This document shows positions 58,394-64,000 of a DNA stretch of 64,000 bases, piece after piece. Within the stretch, counting starts at the first letter, position 1, and each line of letters begins with the position of its first letter. The DNA comes from Alphaproteobacteria bacterium (GTDB lineage: Bacteria; Pseudomonadota; Alphaproteobacteria; MPNO01; UBA830). The position numbers were made by a program, and so were the translations under genes. The notes under the pieces were generated by a model. That model was not told where the DNA came from. It saw only the letters and a program-made list of their open reading frames with translations, and made no database searches. Location: the NCBI GenBank assembly GCA_964291215.2, contig OZ219791.1, positions 2,784,001 through 2,848,000 of the forward strand. The letters are read 5' to 3'.

Positions 58394-59547
58394 CGGATTC
58401 TCGCCAGAATAGGTTGATCATTATTTCCGTGGCGTGAGGGTATGGTTCCACTCGCCGTGGAACGGGTCTCTGCGGATGGCGAGGCCGTCCATCTGATCGT
58501 CGGTGACCTTGACCCCGAGCGGATAGCTGTTCTCGTCGAGGTCCGAGCGTATGGTGAGGCCGGTGGTGGTCGCGGCGATCAGCTTGACGATCACCTGGTA
58601 GCTGACGAGGGGCCGGCCGCGCCAGTTCCGGGTGATATGGCAGAACATCCGGTGCTCGATCTTGTTCCACTTTCCGGGCGGGAAGTAGGCCACCGACACC
58701 TTCAACCCGAGTTCGTCGGCGAGGTGCTGCAGCTTCCACAGCCGGTTGCGGCTGCTGCCGTCGGCGGTGATCAGCAGGCGCCTCGCATCGGGATAGACCA
58801 GCTGGCCCATCTGCCGCCACCAGCGGCCTCGACCGCAAACGCCGCCGTGTCGTGTCCGACGCTGACCCGGCCGGCATTGGCGGTGAGATCGTAGAGCCCG
58901 CAGGGGATCCGAGCTCCGGATCGGGGAAGTCATGTACGTTGACGGCTTCAGGGTCGCCCTCGGGGCCCGGCCGCCATTGCGGTACTGGATTTCCTTCTTC
59001 TTGGTGTCACCACAGGCTGGCCCAGCCTCCGGAACGCGCGCACCCGGCGCGTCGGAACTGCGCATCCCGGGCTGGCGGCCTTCCAGCGTCTTGCGATTGG
59101 CCTGGAGGCTGTACCCCGGATCGTGGAGCAGCCGGTTCACCGTGCGCTCGCTGACGCCCTTGACCGCAAGACGGTCCGCCAGCGGCACTGTGACACCGCA
59201 GCGAACTCTCCGGATCGCCGCGCGTCATCGGTTCAAGCTCGCGCGCCGCCACCAACCCCGGATCCGCCACCCGCTTGCGCCCGCCGCCGGGGCGACGCAA
59301 ACGTCCTGAAGGAATCTCACTCGAAGACTCCGAATCAAGCTCCTCCGGCGCGAACGGTGCCCATCCCCGTCGCCTCGACCACTCGCCCGATGGCACGGGC
59401 CTCCGTCGCCGCCCACAGGCGCCGCGCACGTTCGTTCAGAACCGGACGCAACACTACAAACTTGGATCGCAGCGTATCGACCATCGCTTCCATGACATCA
59501 TTGATAGTAGATCCACGCCAAAAACAATCTATTTTGGCGAGGGACCT
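58394..59547 (-). mobile_element. ISAzo13-family element, decayed
   Basis: IR CTCGCCAGAATAG / CTATTTTGGCGAG; RRPGGGRK, RGDPES, GYSLQANRK, DTKKKE, KWNKIEHRMF..I..NWRGRPL, FHGEWN. Confidence 0.9.
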
Positions 59548-59649
59548 TCAGGCGATGGTGGTGTGCAGGGCAACCTCGCTCGATCTCGACTCCGTTCGGA
59601 GTTTTTCCGGCCCACCCGACGCTTTTGATCTCCACCACTCTTCTTTCCG

Positions 59650-61692
59650 TCATGAAATTCCGGTCGAAGGCCTCGGAACCTCGGACACGTCCACGAGCCT
59701 GCCGCATGCGGTACAGGAGGTTTCGACCAGTTCGAAGTTCGGGCCATCGCCGCCATGGCGGAGCGCGACCCAGGGGCCGGCGTGGCCTATCGGATGGCGG
59801 GCCGCGACCAGCTCCGAGGCGCGGCCGCAGGATGGGCAGTAAAGGTGCGCCGGCGGGTCCGCAGCCTGTTCCGGCGCCGTCCGGGCGCGCCGCATTGCGG
59901 CGCGCTTGCGCGATGTCGTATCGGCGTCCGGCCGACCGGTCCCGTCGAGCGCCACACCGTAAGCGTTTTCCGCGGCAGCCCGCGACACCACGCCGTCGGC
60001 GACATCTCGGGCGACGCTCTCCGGAAGCCTGTCCAGGGGATCACCGAAACCGCCTCCGCCAGCCGCCCAGTAGCCGAAGACATCGTGCCTTCCGATGGTC
60101 TCGTCGGCCTTCGACGGCAGCCAGCGGACGGCACCCGGAAAATCCGGCAGTGGCGGGATGTCGGCAGTGGCGCCGAGAGGCCCGTTCCGTTCCGCGTCCC
60201 GCACGATCGCCGCCTGCGAGCCGGCTCCCGGATAGCCGCCTTCCATGCCGTGCGCGTTGGTCTGTTCGGTTCCGGCAGTATTCGTTGACTTGAGCACGAG
60301 TTCGTCGACCCCGAACGGTACAAGCGCCGCCTCGCAGGTCACGCCGCCGCGGTACTGCCCGGCGCCGCCCGAATCCCGCAGGCGCCGACGGTAGAGGTAG
60401 CGGACAGGGAGCTTCCATTCGGCACTCTCGACGTTGCCAATGCTGCTTGCATAGGAGGTGATGGTGCCGGCATGGTCGAACCCGTCGGCGAAGGACCGTC
60501 CGGCGGCGCCCGAGCCACGGTGGTCGGACAGCATGGCGCCGGTGCGGCTGCCGTCGGCGCGGAGGGCGAAGATGTTGTTGCAGTTACTCGAGACGTTCCA
60601 GGACGGGCAGGCACGGTCGCGAAAAGTCTCCGACGAGCTGAACATGCGGGCGACGGCCTGCGCCGCGGCCACGGTCGCAAGCCACCGGAAGCCGACCGTC
60701 GAGATGCTCACCGGCGCGGGATGGCGGGCGTTGACGACGGTGCCCTCCGGCGCGGTCACGCGCATGCATCGCTTCAGTCCGTCATTCCAGTCGATACCGC
60801 CCTGGCAGAGGAACGAATAGAGGGGCACCGCCGATCCGGCGAAAGTCGCCGACGCGGTGCAGTTGACGGCGGCGTCGACCTGTGCGGACGACCCCGTGTA
60901 ATCGAAATGCAGGCCGTCGTCCTCGCAGGTCAGGGTGACGGCGACGCGGCACACGCGGTCATCGCCGACGCGAACGCCGTCCATGAAAGCGGCGCCAGTC
61001 CAGGAGCCGTCCGGCAGGGCGCGGACGAAGTCGCGCACCTGCCGTTCGGCGATGTCGATCGAGCGGACCATGACCGTGCGCACGAGCTCGTCGTCGCGCT
61101 CGTCGAGCAACGCGCGGAGGCGCTCGCCGGCGACGTTGAGCGCACCGATCTGGGCGCGGAGGTCGATGGCCACGGACTCCGGTAGCCGCGAGTTGGCGAG
61201 CATCGTGTGCTCAGCTTCCCGGACCAGAATGCCGCGGTCGACGATTTTCATGAAGAACCGCGGCGGATCCTCGAAGATCGTCCGTGCGTTTATGCAGAAG
61301 CTCCCGGCGTCGATACCGCCGACATCTGCATGGTGCAGCACGTTCGCCATCCACATGAATATCCTGCCCTCGCGGAAGACGGGAGCGGCGAGAACGATAT
61401 CGTTCTGGTGGAGGGCGCCGAGGAAGGGGTCATTGGTCAGGAATGCATCGCCGTCGCGGATCTCGCTGGCGTTTCGGACAATCGAGGCGACCGCGTCGCC
61501 CATCGTCGTGACATGAACCAGCGAGCCGATGCCCGCGGTAACCAGCTCGGCATCGGCAGTGAAGAGGCCGACATTGTAGTCATTGCCTTCAACCACGATC
61601 GGCGACGCCGATATGGTCTTGATCGCAAGCCCCTGCTCGTCGTTGATCTGCCACAGGCGATGCTTGATCACCTCGAAGGTCACGGGATCCAT
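59650..61692 (-). CDS. hydantoinase B/oxoprolinase family protein with C-terminal CxxC...CxxC extension
   Basis: MDPVTFEVI, NDPFLGALHQND, HHADVGG, DSGGAGQYRGG, GGGGFGDPLDR, CPSCG...CTACG. Confidence 0.92.
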   Translation of the reverse strand: MDPVTFEVIKHRLWQINDEQGLAIKTISASPIVVEGNDYNVGLFTADAELVTAGIGSLVHVTTMGDAVASIVRNASEIRDGDAFLTNDPFLGALHQNDIVLAAPVFREGRIFMWMANVLHHADVGGIDAGSFCINARTIFEDPPRFFMKIVDRGILVREAEHTMLANSRLPESVAIDLRAQIGALNVAGERLRALLDERDDELVRTVMVRSIDIAERQVRDFVRALPDGSWTGAAFMDGVRVGDDRVCRVAVTLTCEDDGLHFDYTGSSAQVDAAVNCTASATFAGSAVPLYSFLCQGGIDWNDGLKRCMRVTAPEGTVVNARHPAPVSISTVGFRWLATVAAAQAVARMFSSSETFRDRACPSWNVSSNCNNIFALRADGSRTGAMLSDHRGSGAAGRSFADGFDHAGTITSYASSIGNVESAEWKLPVRYLYRRRLRDSGGAGQYRGGVTCEAALVPFGVDELVLKSTNTAGTEQTNAHGMEGGYPGAGSQAAIVRDAERNGPLGATADIPPLPDFPGAVRWLPSKADETIGRHDVFGYWAAGGGGFGDPLDRLPESVARDVADGVVSRAAAENAYGVALDGTGRPDADTTSRKRAAMRRARTAPEQAADPPAHLYCPSCGRASELVAARHPIGHAGPWVALRHGGDGPNFELVETSCTACGRLVDVSEVPRPSTGIS

Positions 61693-61705
61693 TGCCGGCC
61701 CTCCG

Positions 61706-63814
61706 TCACGGCCCCTGTTCCGGCGTCAGCCGGATGTTGCCGAACCGGTCGCGCACGGCCACGGCTCCGGCCGGCACCCAGATCGTTGTCGTGTCCCGTT
61801 CTATGATGGCCGGACCCTCGATCCCGGTGTCGGGCGCGAGGGTGGAGAAGTCGATGACGCCGGCGTCTGTCCAGCCCGCCCCCCGGACATGGACCCGGCG
61901 GGTGCCGCGGCGACTGCTGCCGGTGGCCGCGAGTGGTGCCAGTGCCGGCTGGTATGCGGGATGCGATGCGTCGACGCGGAAGCTGATCAGCTCAAGCGGT
62001 GTTCCGGGCCGCGCGACGCCGGCGCCGAAGCGCGCGCCGTATTCGGCCTCGAACAGCGCCTCGAGCGCGCCGGCGTCCGCTGGCGCCAGATCGGGGCGTG
62101 GCCAGTCAATGGTGATCTCGTTCATCTGGTTGCGGTAACGCATCTCGATGCGGAAGCGGAAGGTGCAACGTCCGGGGTCGAGCCCGGCGTCGATCATGTC
62201 CCGGTGCGTCGCCGCCTTCAGCTCACCGAAGCTGCGCGTCGCGACCTCGGCGGCCTCCGCGCCGAGCGCGATCGGCTCCGATCTCGCATGGCTGTAGGTG
62301 ATGTCGGCTATGGCGACTCCGAGCGCTGAAAATACGGGTCCGGCATGGGGCAGTACGACCTCGCGGATACCAAGTTGGCGGGCCAGTTCCGCGCAGTGTG
62401 CGCCGGTGGCGCCGCCATAGGCGTAGAGCGCGAAGGCTCCGGGATCGTGCCCGCTCTCGATCGAGACCTTGCGGATCAGATTGGCCATCATCGCGTTGAC
62501 GACCTCGATCGCGCCGGCGGCGGCGTCCAGCGCGGTCATGTCGAGCGGTGCGCCGACCTCTCCGAGCGCGTCCAGCGCGCGTTCGGGGTCAAGCCGGAAG
62601 CGCCCGCCGAAGAAACCGTCAGGGTCGATGATGCCGCAAGCGACCAACGCGTCGGTCACGGTCGCCCGGGTGCCGCCGCGGCCATAGGCCGCAGGGCCGG
62701 GATCGGCTGCCATGCTCTCTGGGCCGACATGGAGGCGGTAGCCGTCGGTGCGGATCACGCTGCCGCCGCCCGCGCCGATGGTGACAAGCCGGGCGGCCGG
62801 GAGCAGCACTGGCAGGCCTTGGTCGAGATAGGGCCTCGGGTCCTCCTCGAAGTCGCCGCCGTCAATCAGCCCGACGTCAAAGCTCGTGCCGCCCATGTCG
62901 GCGGTGATGATGTGGTCGTGGTCGAGTTCGCGGCCGAGATGGCGGGCAGCGATCAGCCCGCCGGCGGGACCGGAATTGATGATCGACACCGCGCGGCGTC
63001 CGGCATCACCGACGCGCGCGGCAGTGCCGCTCGACGTAACGACCTGAAGCGGAGTCCGAAGGCCGGCGGCGCCGAGGTGGGTGTCCAGGCTCGCAAGATA
63101 GCGTTTGGTGACGGGGCCGACATGGGCGTTGACGACAGTTGTCACCGCACGCTCGAACTCGCCCATTTTCGGTGCGATCTCGGATGACAGGCTGAGCGGC
63201 AGCGCAGGCGCCATTTCATGGGCGATTTCCCCGACCCGGCGTTCATGCGCGGGATTGCGGAACGACCAGAGAAGGCAAACCGCGAGGCTCTCGGCGCCGA
63301 CCTCCAGAAGTTCGGCGACCGCGGTGCGCAGATGGATTTCGTCGAGTGCCACCACGACCTCGCCGTCGGATCCGATCCGTTCTCGGACCCCGCGCACCAT
63401 ACGCCGCGGGACCAGAGGCGGCGGCGGCTCGGTATGGACGAAGTTCATGGCCAGCGCCGGGCTGAGGCCGCCGACGCGGCCGACCGGGCCCCGTCCGATC
63501 GCCAGCGTGTCCTCGAAACCGTGCGTGAACAGTGCGCCGACCCGGGCGCCCTTGCGTTCGATGAGGGCGTTGGTCGAGACCGTAGTTCCGTGGGCAAACG
63601 TGGCCGTGCGGGTGAGGATCTCGGGAACTGCGAGCCCGACTGTGGCTGAGGCGCGTTCGAGCACCTCGAGCACGCCGGCATCGGGCGCGTCCGGCTTCGA
63701 GAAGGCCTTTGCGGTGACGATTCCGCCCTGGCCGTCGATCAGGACCAGATCGGTGAAGGTGCCGCCGGCGTCTACGCCGATACGGCAATCGCGCACGGGC
63801 GGGGAGTCGTTCAT
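61706..63814 (-). CDS. hydantoinase A/oxoprolinase family protein
   Basis: GVDAGGTFTD, HGTTVSTN, SGPAGG, DMGGTSFD, IGAGGGS, YGGATG.H. Confidence 0.93.
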   Translation of the reverse strand: MNDSPPVRDCRIGVDAGGTFTDLVLIDGQGGIVTAKAFSKPDAPDAGVLEVLERASATVGLAVPEILTRTATFAHGTTVSTNALIERKGARVGALFTHGFEDTLAIGRGPVGRVGGLSPALAMNFVHTEPPPPLVPRRMVRGVRERIGSDGEVVVALDEIHLRTAVAELLEVGAESLAVCLLWSFRNPAHERRVGEIAHEMAPALPLSLSSEIAPKMGEFERAVTTVVNAHVGPVTKRYLASLDTHLGAAGLRTPLQVVTSSGTAARVGDAGRRAVSIINSGPAGGLIAARHLGRELDHDHIITADMGGTSFDVGLIDGGDFEEDPRPYLDQGLPVLLPAARLVTIGAGGGSVIRTDGYRLHVGPESMAADPGPAAYGRGGTRATVTDALVACGIIDPDGFFGGRFRLDPERALDALGEVGAPLDMTALDAAAGAIEVVNAMMANLIRKVSIESGHDPGAFALYAYGGATGAHCAELARQLGIREVVLPHAGPVFSALGVAIADITYSHARSEPIALGAEAAEVATRSFGELKAATHRDMIDAGLDPGRCTFRFRIEMRYRNQMNEITIDWPRPDLAPADAGALEALFEAEYGARFGAGVARPGTPLELISFRVDASHPAYQPALAPLAATGSSRRGTRRVHVRGAGWTDAGVIDFSTLAPDTGIEGPAIIERDTTTIWVPAGAVAVRDRFGNIRLTPEQGP

Positions 63815-63823
63815 GCGCAGCGG

Positions 63824-64000
63824 TCAGAGGCGGTCGAGGAGATGGCCGAACTTCTTCCGGGTCCGTGCGCGTTCCTCCGGGCTCGCCTCGGCGACATGCG
63901 GGAACTCGTCCATCCATTCGAACGGTCGGCAGGCGTCGATCAGGGCGCGCGAATTCATGTTTTCGCCGGGCCGCTTCATGGGATCGAGTGGGCCCGACCA
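63824..64000 (-). CDS. UbiD-family decarboxylase, 3' end (runs off the window)
   Basis: WSGPLDP..NSRALIDACRPFEW.DEFP.VAEASPE, homologous to the C-terminus of 51089-52558. Confidence 0.85.
   Translation of the reverse strand, partial: WSGPLDPMKRPGENMNSRALIDACRPFEWMDEFPHVAEASPEERARTRKKFGHLLDRL

Overview
GC-rich alphaproteobacterial chromosome segment (Rhodospirillales-like gene order: thrS-infC, trxB-greA-carB-carA, yqeY-dnaG-rpoD; tRNA-Arg(CCG) and a CAT-anticodon tRNA). It also carries many catabolic and transport genes (TRAP systems, hydantoinase/oxoprolinase pairs, UbiD enzymes, GMC and FAD oxidoreductases) and two graveyards of nested mobile DNA (about 14.8-26.6 kb and 53.5-59.5 kb). These contain IS256, IS630, IS66 with a methyltransferase passenger, IS4/DUF4338, ISAzo13 and two RT-deleted group II introns. 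Two results stand out. (1) Mobile elements of several unrelated families are riddled with deletions of near-constant size. A by-eye alignment of two IS66 copies gives 13 of 14 indels at 5-7 nt, often at microhomologies, while the indels I could reconstruct in neighbouring non-mobile pseudogenes are 1 nt. This suggests an undescribed process that inactivates repeated or mobile DNA; an assembly artefact must be excluded first. (2) A close homologue of 4-chlorobenzoyl-CoA dehalogenase (hydrolytic) lies directly upstream of a cobalamin/Fe-S catabolic reductive dehalogenase. All family assignments come from motifs recognised by eye, with no database search.
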